A DNA stretch of 64,000 nucleotides from an uncultured Alphaproteobacteria bacterium (GCA_963778925.1 CAVZWE010000020.1:137087-201086); one strand, 5' to 3'. Shown: positions 47,920-57,558, counted from the first letter of the stretch. Notes: generated from the sequence alone by a model not told the origin. Translations and numbers: made by a program.

Positions 47920-49114
47920 ATGTTCGTCAAAAAGCTCGCGCTGACAGGCGCGGCACTTGCGGTGCTGTCGGCGCAGCCGGCGCTGGCCCAGAAGCAGTAT
48001 GGGCCCGGCACCAGCGATACCGAGATCAAGGTCGGGCAGACCATCGCCTATAGCGGGCCGGCCTCGGCCTATGGCACGCTCGGCAAGGTCGAAGCCGCCT
48101 ATTTCAAATGGCTCAACGACAGCAAGGGCGGCATCAACGGCCGCAAGATCACCTTCATCAGCCGCGACGACGCCTATTCGCCGCCGAAAGCGGTGGAGAA
48201 TGTGCGCAGCCTGGTGGAAGGCGACGAGGTCGCGCTGATCTTCGGCGTGCTCGGCACGCCCCTGAACATGGCGATCCGGCCGTATCTGAACAAACAGGGC
48301 GTGCCGCAACTGTTCGTCGCCGCCGGCACCTCGGCGCTGAACGACCCCGCGCATTTCCCCTGGAGCATGGGCTGGCAGCCCAATCTGCGCGACGAGGCAA
48401 AGTTCTACGCCAGAGAACCTGCTGGCGCATAATTCGAAGCCAAAAGTCGGCGTGCTCTACCAGAACGACGATTTCGGCAAGGATCTGCTGAACGGACTCA
48501 AGGAGGGCCTGGGCGAAGACGCCGACAAGATGATCGTCAGCGCGCAGAACTTCCAGTCGACCGATCCGACCATCGACAGCCAGATGGTGATCCTGCAGAA
48601 TTCCGGGGCCGACGCGCTGTTCCTGTTCACCTATGCCAAGCAGGCGGCGCAGGCGATCACGAAAATGTCCGACCTGAAATGGAAGCCGGAAACCTATCTG
48701 CATCTCGGCGCCGCCTCGGTCGGCGCTACCTTCAAGCCGGCCGGCCTCGACAAGTCCACCGGCATCATGAGCGCGGGTTTCATGAAGGACGTCACCGACC
48801 CCAAATGGGCCGACGATCCCGACGTCAAGACCTGGCACGCCTGGATGAAGGAGAACATGCCCGGCGCCGACGTCAATGACAGCCTTACGGCTGCCGCCTA
48901 CAGCGTCGCGCAGACGCTGGAACAGGTGCTGAGACAATGCGGCGACAATCTTACCCGGGAAAACATCATGAAGCAGGCCGCGAACCTGCGGGATTTCCGC
49001 CTTGGCCTGCTGCTGCCGGCTAGCCGCATCAATACCAGCCCGACCGATTATCGCGTGGTCACCTACATGCAGCTGCAGCGTTTCAACGGCGCGAGCTGGG
49101 ATGACGTGAAGTAA
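47920..49114 (+). pseudogene. Branched-chain amino acid ABC-type substrate-binding protein with +1 frameshift near 48411-48417
   Basis: Two ORF halves; removing one base gives FYARNLLAHNSKPKVGVLYQNDD; span is 3n+1. Confidence 0.8.
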
Positions 49115-49469
49115 GGAGGCGCCAGTCTGGCGTCATTTCGGGGCGACCCCGACGGGTCGGCGCTTTGCGCCGCCCCCGGACTCGTTTTGTTCCCGCGCAC
49201 CGCTTTTTCCCGGAAAAAGGCGGCGGCACCGATGCACGGAAAGGTAGAATACGGAATGGATCGGGCGCCGGCACCCAAAAAGCCCGGCAATGACTTCCGC
49301 AGATGCTGTTTTGATTCGATTTTTGCCTCTCCGGCGGCGCCGGGTGTGACTCAAAAGCCAGCCGAATCGATTAATCAGTGGCTTCGTCACAATTAGTTGT
49401 AAATTTTTCTTTCACGAATCAGCGCGCTGATTCATTTTCGTCATCTGGGGTCAATCTGGAGGCGAAGGT

Positions 49470-50150
49470 ATGAACGTCATTGTTTTCGCATCGCGTAAAG
49501 GCGGCTCGGGGAAGAGTACCCTGGCCGCCCATCTCGCTGCGCATGTGCATAAGGCTACGAAGCCGTGTCTGCTTATCGATGCCGACCCGCAGGGGTCGTT
49601 GACGCTTTGGCACAGGCTGCGCGGCACCAACGAGCCGCCGATCAAGACTGCCGTCAATTCCGTCAGCGCGATCGTCGCTGCCGCGAAGCGCGACGGCATG
49701 GAATGGGTATTCATCGATACGCCGCCGAATACGTCGGCAGTCGTGGAAGATGCCATCAGGAACGCCACGATGGTGATCATTCCGGCGCGGCCCGGGGTAT
49801 TCGACGTCAATGCCGTGCAGGATACGATTCAGTCCTGCCGCGCCGCGCGCAAGCCGTATGCGGTCGTGATCAACGGTGCGCCGGCCCGCAGGGACGACGC
49901 GGAAAGCCGCATCGTCAGTATCGCGCGCGAAGCGCTGGCCAAGTTCCGGGCGCCGGTCTGGGGCGGCCAGATCACCAACCGGGCCGATCTGTTGATGGCG
50001 CTCGGCAAGGGTGAGGGCGCGCGCGAATATTTCGCGGAAGGGCGCGCGGCGGCGGAAATCGGCCGGCTATGGGCTGCGATCGAGCGGTCGGTGAAGGCGA
50101 TCCGCGGTCAGGCGTCGGCGAGCGGCACCATGCATAAGCAAGCGGCCTAG
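49470..50150 (+). CDS. parA: ParA family ATPase (short, orphan)
   Basis: KGGSGKST, IDADPQGS, IDTPP; no parB adjacent. Confidence 0.88.
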   Translation: MNVIVFASRKGGSGKSTLAAHLAAHVHKATKPCLLIDADPQGSLTLWHRLRGTNEPPIKTAVNSVSAIVAAAKRDGMEWVFIDTPPNTSAVVEDAIRNATMVIIPARPGVFDVNAVQDTIQSCRAARKPYAVVINGAPARRDDAESRIVSIAREALAKFRAPVWGGQITNRADLLMALGKGEGAREYFAEGRAAAEIGRLWAAIERSVKAIRGQASASGTMHKQAA

Positions 50151-50276
50151 AGCCATTTCCGTTTCGATCGAATCGAAACGGGGCACTAGATTCCTGGTTT
50201 GGCGCGTTTTCCTGACGCGAGCCGGTCTCCACTCCGCTTGAAGACGCTCCGGGCGGCCGCGGCTTTCGCGGTCGAC

Positions 50277-50307
50277 AAAAAAACGCGCGGGGTGCCGCGC
50301 GTTTTTT
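50277..50307. terminator. Rho-independent terminator (bidirectional)
   Basis: AAAAAAACGCGCGG-GGTG-CCGCGCGTTTTTT. Confidence 0.8.
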
Positions 50308-50359
50308 CGTTGTGTGGGCAACCTTCCCCCTCATGGGCAAGGATAAACGGCCTTTCGGC

Positions 50360-50500
50360 TCACGCCACCATCAGCATGTAGAACACGATCACCGGCGACA
50401 GACACAGGATCACCGACCAGATGCCGAGCGCCCAAAGGATGTCTTCGGTCGTAAAACCCTGTTGCTCAGGGAACCGATGGTTCTGAGTATCCGTATTCAC
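50360..50500 (-). CDS. 46-aa single-TM small protein (below ORF-track cutoff)
   Basis: GTG start, MNTDTQNHRFPEQQGFTTEDILWALGIWSVILCLSPVIVFYMLMVA. Confidence 0.5.
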   Translation of the reverse strand: MNTDTQNHRFPEQQGFTTEDILWALGIWSVILCLSPVIVFYMLMVA

Positions 50501-50631
50501 GACGCCCCCGCGTTTTTGTTGTTGTGGGGACTTTGTTACGCGTTGAATTTTAAAAAAGCCGGTCGCGATTTCGCTCGTATTTGACCGCTGGTGCTACCGT
50601 CGATTAACCACGGCAACACCTCGTGATTTCC

Positions 50632-50781
50632 TCAGCTTCCCAGCAGGTGGAAGGCCAGAACCGGCGCCAGGCCGAGCAGCATCGCCCACAGGCCGAACGA
50701 CGACACCAGAAGAACATCCTGCATTCCCTGGGATCGTGCGGCGATCGAATAGGCGGCATTTTGTATGGTTGGAGTGGTCAC
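50632..50781 (-). CDS. 49-aa single-TM small protein
   Basis: GTG start after AGGG; DVLLVSSFGLWAMLLGLAPVLAFHLL. Confidence 0.55.
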   Translation of the reverse strand: MTTPTIQNAAYSIAARSQGMQDVLLVSSFGLWAMLLGLAPVLAFHLLGS

Positions 50782-50930
50782 TGTTTTCCCCTTGGGTTGT
50801 CGCTGGGGGAGTTGAATAAGCGGCAAATTCTAAAGATACGGTCGCCGCATCGTTCGGATTCGAACGGCGCCCGCTACGGCGCGTTAACCAGGGCAGTGGT
50901 CGGGGCGAATTATCGGTCGGCGCGCCCTAC

Positions 50931-51059
50931 GCCGCCGGCGTGCTCTATCCCGTGTTCGGTATCCTGCTGTCGCCGATGGTGGGCGCCGCCGCGATGGCGC
51001 TGTCATCGGTCAGCGTGATCGGCAATGCGCTGCGGCTGGCGCGCACGCGGCTGGATTAG
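50931..51059 (+). pseudogene. copA: C-terminal fragment of a Cu(I)-translocating P1B ATPase
   Basis: [36 protein letters not shown]. Confidence 0.75.
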
Positions 51060-51077
51060 GGCGTAGAGCCGCTGCGG

Positions 51078-51150
51078 ACGTCCGTTTCGGCGGGCATTCC
51101 GAACTCAAGCCGGACATCGCGCCATATCCGCTTGATGCCAAGAGCAGACT
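51078..51150 (+). repeat. Tripartite GTCCG repeat (includes unit C)
   Basis: ACGTCCGTTTCGG...CCGGACAT and ATATCCGCTTGATGCCAAGAGCAGACT. Confidence 0.55.
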
Positions 51151-51457
51151 AAAAAAAAGCCGTCACGTTTGACGCCGTTTGAACGATTTAGTGGGCACCA
51201 CACCCCATCGCGATACGTCAGGGGTTCTGACATGAAGAACGCCGTCTGGGACCGCCATCGCTCATGGCAAGTTCCGAAGACAGGGCATAAGGTTGCACTG
51301 TCCGGCCTTGATGCCTCAATCAAAGACAAAAAGAGTTCCTTGCTGGTTCAAGATTTTCTCGCTGATCTCGGTCAGGTGGTGCTTCGAATATTGAACTGAC
51401 GGCTCTGTCCGACGAAAAGCAATTTCAATGACTTTATGTTCGTAAGGAGGAACTCTC

Positions 51458-52507
51458 ATGAAGCTTCGCGCGACGTTCCTTATCGCAGCAGGACTTTCAG
51501 TCCTCATTTCGATAGCCGCCCCGGCCAGAGCCGCTGCGCCCGAGTCCAAAAGCCAGATCACTATCCTCTACGATGCATTCGGAACCGATCCTTCGACGAC
51601 CAAGGACTGGGGCTTCTCCGCCCTGGTGGAGATCGCCGGAAAACGAATCTTGTTTGACACCGGGAATGACGCCGACATATTTGCAGCCAATGTGAAGGCG
51701 AAGGGTGTTGACCTCAAAACGCTTGATTTCGTTGTCCTGTCACACCGGCATTCGGACCACATGGCAGGCTTGAATTATGTTTTGAGCGTCAATCCGACGG
51801 TGAAGATTTACGCGCCCAAAGAAGGATTCGGCATCTACGGGTCGTCGCTGCCGTCGAGCTTCTACCGGAAAGATGAGACGTTGCCGCCGGAGATGCGCTA
51901 CTACGGAGGCGCACCACCTCAAGTCATGAAATTCGGCGCGGCGTGGCGTGGGGCCAACTTCGAATTGATCGACAAGACCACCGAAATCGCTCCGGGCATG
52001 ACCCTGATAGCGCTGGTGTCTGATGCCGCCGGCACCAGGGAGCTCAAGGAGCTATCTCTTGCCGTCAACACCTCTGAGGGCATGGTATTGGTGGTCGGCT
52101 GCTCGCATCCAGGGATTGAAAAGATTGCCGAGGCAGCGGCAGCCATCAATCCCAAAATTCATTTGATTGCAGGCGGCTTCCACCTCGTCGTCGCTTCTGA
52201 CGATGTTGTCGCGAAGGCAGTGGCGGCTCTGAAAGATACGTTCAAGGTCGAGAGCATTGCTCCGGGCCACTGCACCGGCGAGCCAATGTTCGCAGCGTTG
52301 AAGAAAGCTTTCGGTGACCGATATCTTTATGCAGGTCTCGGCACTACTCTGCCGCTTGGAGCGAACACGGGCTCCGACATGCGACGAGGCGACGGACCGG
52401 CGCTGCAGCAAGATGACCTGACCACCTATCGCAGGCTCGCGCGCCGCGAAGATCCGTTCGGAATCCAACATGCGCGAAGCTTACGAACAAAAGCTTCGCA
52501 GTTGTGA
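51458..52507 (+). CDS. Secreted MBL-fold metallo-hydrolase
   Basis: Signal peptide; WGFSALVE, LFDTG, SHRHSDH, VGCSHPG, GGFHL, PGHCTG. Confidence 0.88.
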   Translation: MKLRATFLIAAGLSVLISIAAPARAAAPESKSQITILYDAFGTDPSTTKDWGFSALVEIAGKRILFDTGNDADIFAANVKAKGVDLKTLDFVVLSHRHSDHMAGLNYVLSVNPTVKIYAPKEGFGIYGSSLPSSFYRKDETLPPEMRYYGGAPPQVMKFGAAWRGANFELIDKTTEIAPGMTLIALVSDAAGTRELKELSLAVNTSEGMVLVVGCSHPGIEKIAEAAAAINPKIHLIAGGFHLVVASDDVVAKAVAALKDTFKVESIAPGHCTGEPMFAALKKAFGDRYLYAGLGTTLPLGANTGSDMRRGDGPALQQDDLTTYRRLARREDPFGIQHARSLRTKASQL

Positions 52508-52669
52508 GAACGCAGTTCTAGCAGGCGAGCATGATCGGTTCTGATTGAATCAGAATTGAAGCTCTAGCTTCTTTTTTGACGTGTTTTCTTCACGCGAACC
52601 GGTATCCACCCCGGATCAAGTCCGGGGCAGGCTTTCGCTCGAAAACGCTCTAAACGCTGCAGCGCGCCA

Positions 52670-53593
52670 TTACCGGATGCTGCTTGCAAACGACTGCAAC
52701 GCGTCCGGGGACCAGCTTGCGATCGTCGCTTCGGTACGATAGCGCGGGAGATGATCCTCGAGCGAGTAGCAGACGCAGAGCGCGAGGCTGGCCCAGACCG
52801 CGGCACTGAAATAAAGCGACATCCAGGCAATCTCATCCTTCCACTCCGCAAGGTCGTGCGTCACGATCCAGCGCGTGCACACGTCACGGAGACCCTCGAG
52901 AGGTCCGAGAAGCTTGCCGCCGTCGCCGGTCTCGGCCCGCCATCGGCTCAGATACATCGGGACATCGACGGTCATGAGAAACGCCAGATAGCCCGTAATC
53001 CCGATGATCGTGACGACGAGGATCACGCGAACCTCACCATCGAACTCCGGCAGCAGCCGGCAAAGGCCGGCCCCGACGATGAAGAAGGCAACCGCCCATA
53101 TCGAATTTTCGATGGCGTTGCCCAGATAGTGGGTGGTCAGCACCGCGTACCATGAGAAGCATTCCGCGATCAGGATCAGCGGCACGATCACCCACGCGGC
53201 GTTCAAGGTGGTGTCCGCTCCCGTCATCGTACCGAGCTGGTACAGGATGATCGCCCACTGCGCCGCGAAGCAGACCTCGGCCACGGTTGCCACCGACCGG
53301 CCGACGACGACGCTCGACAGCCAGGTGTCGAACAGGCAGATCCGCTGAACATCCGCGCGCGGAAGGAACGACCTGAATGCGCAGCCGAAAACATAGGCCG
53401 CACAGAGGAGAAGCATGAGCCCGATGCCGGGTGTGCCGCCGGAACTGCCAACCGGCTGTTCATGGAGCTGGCGGTACAGCACGAACCAGACCGCGATGTT
53501 GACGCCGCTGACCAGCGTCAACAGACCCCACCACCAGGCCAGGGGATTTGACCAGGCCAGGGAAGTTGACCGCGCCCGCCATTCCAAACTCAT
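52670..53593 (-). CDS. Conserved multi-pass membrane protein
   Basis: 6-7 TM segments; GCAFRSFLPRADVQRICL, GRSVATVAE. Confidence 0.75.
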   Translation of the reverse strand: MSLEWRARSTSLAWSNPLAWWWGLLTLVSGVNIAVWFVLYRQLHEQPVGSSGGTPGIGLMLLLCAAYVFGCAFRSFLPRADVQRICLFDTWLSSVVVGRSVATVAEVCFAAQWAIILYQLGTMTGADTTLNAAWVIVPLILIAECFSWYAVLTTHYLGNAIENSIWAVAFFIVGAGLCRLLPEFDGEVRVILVVTIIGITGYLAFLMTVDVPMYLSRWRAETGDGGKLLGPLEGLRDVCTRWIVTHDLAEWKDEIAWMSLYFSAAVWASLALCVCYSLEDHLPRYRTEATIASWSPDALQSFASSIR

Positions 53594-53821
53594 CGACCGC
53601 TCCACATTTAATCGAACTGACATCCGATTGTAGAAATTCTGTCATAAATCGCGGCCTGTCACGACAAAAATATGTGTGCGGCGGGTGCTTTCGGGGGTGA
53701 TAGCGGGCCGCGTCTTTGGGCGGCGCCGACAGCGTGGATCGGTCCGGGACAAGCCAGGCCTCGCGACTGCCGGCTAAATGCTCAATACCGGAAGCATCGG
53801 CGTGCAGACGGTCGGGTTCGC

Positions 53822-54823
53822 CTACGATGCGCGGATGACTTGCTGTCTTCCCCGTTCGGCAGACCCTTCCAGTGCTTGATGGCTTCGCTCCTCGCGATCA
53901 CGGCAAGTGCGCCGCGCGATTTCAAGATCAAGCCGCGCGGCGAGCTCCGGGCTCACTTCCGTCATCGGCAGCCGCAGCTCGGCGCTGTCGATCAACCCCG
54001 TGCGCCACAGCCAGTACTTGATCGGCGCCGGGCTCGGCTCGGAAAACAATAAGCGCGTGAGCTCGGCAACCGACCGCCAAAGCGCCAGCGCGGCGTCGCG
54101 CTGGCTGGCTGCCAGCAGCGTCCACGCCTGGGCGAAGGTTTTGGTTTCGATATGCGCCGATGCCAGGATGCCGCCGTCGGCGCCATCGCAGAGTGCTTCG
54201 AAATATTGCGCGTCCTCGCCGGTCAGCACGGCGAAGCCTTGCGGGCGCCGGCGCAGGAGATCGAGCGACTGGCTGCGGTCGGCGGAGCAATCCTTCAAGC
54301 CGATGATGTTGGGATGGTCGGCCAATCGCAGCATCCCCTCGTTGCCGAGATTGACGCCGGTCCGGTAGGGAATGTTGTAGAGCATCACAGGATGCCGGGC
54401 CCGATCCGCGAGCGCGCCAAAGTGCAGCTCCATCCCGCGCTGCGACGGCCGCGAATAATACGGGCAGGAAATCAGATATCCGTCGATCGGCCAGCCCGCC
54501 GTTCCGTCGAGCGTGCCCAGCAATGCGCGGGTGTTGCTGCCGGACAGGCCGAGGCAGACCGGCAAACGCTTGGGTCCGATCTCGTCGCGGACCGCGAACA
54601 CAAGCCGTTCGGTTTCCTCGGGCGCAAGCGTGAGGCTTTCGCCTGTGGTGGCTGCGAGCACCAATCCATCGACAGGAAGCGCCGCGTAATGCCGCACCAG
54701 CCGCCGCAGCGAGGTCTCGTCGAGTTCGCCATGGCGGAACGGCGTGACCAGCGGCAACCAGAGGCCATGCAGTCCATTTTGAAGATCGCTATTTCGAAGA
54801 TCGGAAAATCGAGGGTCAGTCAT
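53822..54823 (-). CDS. dapA: 4-hydroxy-tetrahydrodipicolinate synthase (DHDPS)
   Basis: LVTPF, ATTGES, PYYSRPSQ, LYNIPYRTG, GLKDCS. Confidence 0.85.
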   Translation of the reverse strand: MTDPRFSDLRNSDLQNGLHGLWLPLVTPFRHGELDETSLRRLVRHYAALPVDGLVLAATTGESLTLAPEETERLVFAVRDEIGPKRLPVCLGLSGSNTRALLGTLDGTAGWPIDGYLISCPYYSRPSQRGMELHFGALADRARHPVMLYNIPYRTGVNLGNEGMLRLADHPNIIGLKDCSADRSQSLDLLRRRPQGFAVLTGEDAQYFEALCDGADGGILASAHIETKTFAQAWTLLAASQRDAALALWRSVAELTRLLFSEPSPAPIKYWLWRTGLIDSAELRLPMTEVSPELAARLDLEIARRTCRDREERSHQALEGSAERGRQQVIRAS

Positions 54824-54864
54824 GGCTCCATCTCCTGCGGTTTTTGAGCCGGAGACGGGACAAT

Positions 54865-54893
54865 AAAAAACCCCGTCCAGACGGCGGGGTTTT
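54865..54893 (-). terminator. Intrinsic terminator in the dapA leader
   Basis: AAAACCCCG / CGGGGTTTT followed by a U-run on the minus strand, 40 nt before the dapA start. Confidence 0.75.
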
Positions 54894-54917
54894 AAGGATC
54901 GGTTCGGGCGAGAAGTC

Positions 54918-54995
54918 TTATCGCGCGCGTCGATCCGAAGCCCCCGGATGGGGAGCTTTTTTCGACAGCACTGCCAAGCACGAATTCGTGATCAT
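54918..54995 (-). promoter_or_regulatory. Putative leader peptide MITNSCLAVLSKKAPHPGASDRRAR of a dapA attenuator
   Basis: 25 codons with tandem AAA AAA; mutually exclusive hairpins downstream. Confidence 0.55.
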
Positions 54996-55072
54996 GGATG
55001 GATGATGGTTGGCGCCACTGCGCCTGTCAACGGGGCGGAACAGGTGCAGCCGGATGCAGAAAGTCCGAAACC

Positions 55073-55210
55073 AAAAAAAAGCCGGGCTCGAAAGAGCCCG
55101 GCTTAAGGTATTGGCCACGTGAGGCCGACACAATCACCTTCCAAGAGGGATTACTGAACGCTCGCGCCACTGGAGGAGGGGGACAAATGCGCAACGCGAA
55201 TGCTCAGCGT
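55073..55210 (-). ncRNA. Putative ~138 nt small RNA with anti-SD CCUCCUCC motif (alpha-r7/BjrC1505-like?)
   Basis: TTGCTG-N18-CATAAT promoter-like site, CCCCCTCCTCC motif, strong terminator GCCGGGCTC-TTTC-GAGCCCGGC-U8; family name is recollection only. Confidence 0.55.
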
Positions 55211-55400
55211 AGAAACATTATGGTCCTTGCGAGCGGCCTGCAGCAACCACTTGGGCCGCATGTCAGTCATGCGGAGACCGGGGGCTATGTTACAGATCCC
55301 ATCCCGCCGCCGTCGGATGCAAACAAGGGAAGACGAATCTAGCAATCCGGTGATGCGCGGTTGAGAAATTCTCTCCCGCCACCGGATCAGTAACAAAAGG

Positions 55401-56324
55401 TTACGACGGCCAGCGCTGCGCCTTGCTCACCACGAAGTCGCGAAACACCTGCACCCGCGCGACTGACTTCAACTCTTCGGGATAAACGAAATAGGTATCG
55501 ACCTGGATCGAGTCGGTCTCGCCGAACAACTGCACCAGGCGGTTATTCTCCTCGACCAGATAGTCCGGCAGTGCGGCGATGCCGAGGCCCTGCTGACAGG
55601 CGCGGACCAGGCCCAGAATGTTGTTGACCTTGAAATAGGCCTCGCGCGGACCCGAGCCGTTGCGGCCGGCATCGATCAGCCAGCTCCGGTTCTGCAGATG
55701 GGGTTGTACCTGCGCGTCGCCGAGCATGATGATGCGGTGCGCGTCGAGGTCGTCGAGCGTGCGCGGCGTGCCGAAACGCTTGATGTATTCCGGCGAGCAA
55801 TAGGCATGGAAGCCGATCGAGAACAGCTTGCGCTGGATCAGGTCGGGCTGGGTCGGCTTGCGGGTCAGGATCGCGACGTCGGCCTCGCGCATCGAGAGAT
55901 CGAGCTGCTCGTCGGTCACGATCATCGAGATCCGGATTTCCGGATAGAGCGCGGTGAACTCGTGCAGCCGCGGAATCAGCCAGTTGATGCCGAGCGCCGG
56001 CGGCGTCGTGATCTTGAGATCGCCGCTCGGCCGCTCGCGGCTGTCGGTGAGTTTCGCGCGCGCCGCCTGCAGCTGCATGAACACGTCATGCGCGGTGCGG
56101 AACAACAGGTCGCCCTGCTCGGTGAGAATGAGGCCGCGGGCATGGCGGTGGAACAGCGACACCGAGAGCTCCTGCTCCAGCGCGCTGACCTGTCTGGAGA
56201 CGGCCGACTGCGACAGGCCGAGCTGTTCGCCGGCATGCGTGAAGCTGCCTGCTTCAGCCGCTGCGTGAAACACCTTCAGCTTGTCCCAGTCCATATCGGT
56301 AAATCCATCGCGGGTTCGAGCCAT
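55401..56324 (-). CDS. lsrB: LysR family regulator (LsrB/VtlR orthologue)
   Basis: MDWDKLKVFHAAAEAGSFTHA; conserved trxB-lysR linkage with divergent lrp. Confidence 0.8.
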   Translation of the reverse strand: MARTRDGFTDMDWDKLKVFHAAAEAGSFTHAGEQLGLSQSAVSRQVSALEQELSVSLFHRHARGLILTEQGDLLFRTAHDVFMQLQAARAKLTDSRERPSGDLKITTPPALGINWLIPRLHEFTALYPEIRISMIVTDEQLDLSMREADVAILTRKPTQPDLIQRKLFSIGFHAYCSPEYIKRFGTPRTLDDLDAHRIIMLGDAQVQPHLQNRSWLIDAGRNGSGPREAYFKVNNILGLVRACQQGLGIAALPDYLVEENNRLVQLFGETDSIQVDTYFVYPEELKSVARVQVFRDFVVSKAQRWPS

Positions 56325-56326
56325 GA

Positions 56327-57292
56327 TTATTCCGCCGCCGCGCGATCGCTGGCGCGCAATGCGAGAAAACGTTCGGCTTCCAGGGCCGCCATGCAGCCCA
56401 GCCCTGCGGCCGTGACTGCCTGCCGGTAGATTTCATCGGCGACGTCGCCGGCGGCGAATACGCCGGGCACCGAGGTCGCGGTCGAATTCGGCGCCACCTC
56501 GACATATCCCGATGGCTTCAGCTTGATCTGGCCCTGGATCAGTTCGGTGGCGGGTGCGTGCCCGATCGCGATGAAGACGCCGTCGGCCGCCAGTTCGGTC
56601 AAGGTGCCGGATTTGACATTCTTCAGCCTGACATGGGTGACCTTGGCCGGGTTCTCGGCGCCGCAGATTTCGTCGATCGCACTGTCCCATATCACCCTGA
56701 TCTTTGGGTGCTTGAACAGCCGCTCCTGCAGGATGCGCTCGGCGCGGAAGTGATCGCGGCGATGCACGATGGTGACCTGCGACGCGAAGTTGGTGAGAAA
56801 CAGCGCTTCCTCGACCGCAGTATTGCCGCCGCCGACCACGACCACTTGCTTGCCGCGATAGAAAAATCCGTCGCAGGTCGCGCAGGCCGAGACGCCAAAA
56901 CCCTTGAATTTCTCTTCCGACGGCGTGCCGAGCCAGCGCGCCTGGGCGCCGGTGGCGAGAATTACGGTTTCGGCGAGATAGACGTCACCGCTGTCGCAAC
57001 TCAGGCGAAACGGACGCTGGCCGAGTTCGAGCTTGGTGACGAGATCGGTGACCATCCTGGTGCCGACATGGGCGGCCTGCTTCTCCATCTGCTCCATCAG
57101 CCACGGGCCCTGGATGACGTCGGCGAACCCCGGATAGTTTTCGACGTCGGTGGTGATGGTGAGCTGGCCGCCGGGTTGGATGCCCTGGATCAGCACCGGC
57201 TCCAGCATCGCGCGCGCGGCGTAGATCGCGGCGGCGTAACCGGCCGGGCCGGAGCCGATGATGACCACCTTGGCATGGATCGGGGCGGGCAT
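56327..57292 (-). CDS. trxB: Thioredoxin reductase
   Basis: GSGPAG, SACATCDGFF, GGGNTA, AAGDV. Confidence 0.97.
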   Translation of the reverse strand: MPAPIHAKVVIIGSGPAGYAAAIYAARAMLEPVLIQGIQPGGQLTITTDVENYPGFADVIQGPWLMEQMEKQAAHVGTRMVTDLVTKLELGQRPFRLSCDSGDVYLAETVILATGAQARWLGTPSEEKFKGFGVSACATCDGFFYRGKQVVVVGGGNTAVEEALFLTNFASQVTIVHRRDHFRAERILQERLFKHPKIRVIWDSAIDEICGAENPAKVTHVRLKNVKSGTLTELAADGVFIAIGHAPATELIQGQIKLKPSGYVEVAPNSTATSVPGVFAAGDVADEIYRQAVTAAGLGCMAALEAERFLALRASDRAAAE

Positions 57293-57558
57293 AGGGTAGA
57301 TCCCACTGGTAAGGGAATTTGGTCAGCGCTTGAGCGGAAGGGGCCTGAAAGGCATCGCGACGGCGCCGAAAGTGTCAAATCCAAGATAGGGCATCTGGCA
57401 AGCTATGCAAGAATTGCAATCCATATCGGCGAAATTTCCCGGGGGTGCCGATAATTGGCGCGGTGCACGCGCAATAAAATTGCGCCAACGGCGCCAGCTG
57501 CGCTAAGACTATTGCCGGTAAAACCAGCAAGCTTTTTCAGCCGAGGATCCGGAACCGC

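Noticed and set aside
49470-50150. parA as evidence of a plasmid or ICE partition system
   Set aside because: No parB, parS repeats or rep gene nearby; GC and context look chromosomal
54830-55060. Lysine riboswitch (L-box) upstream of dapA
   Set aside because: The leader is too short and lacks the L-box architecture; a leader-peptide model fits better
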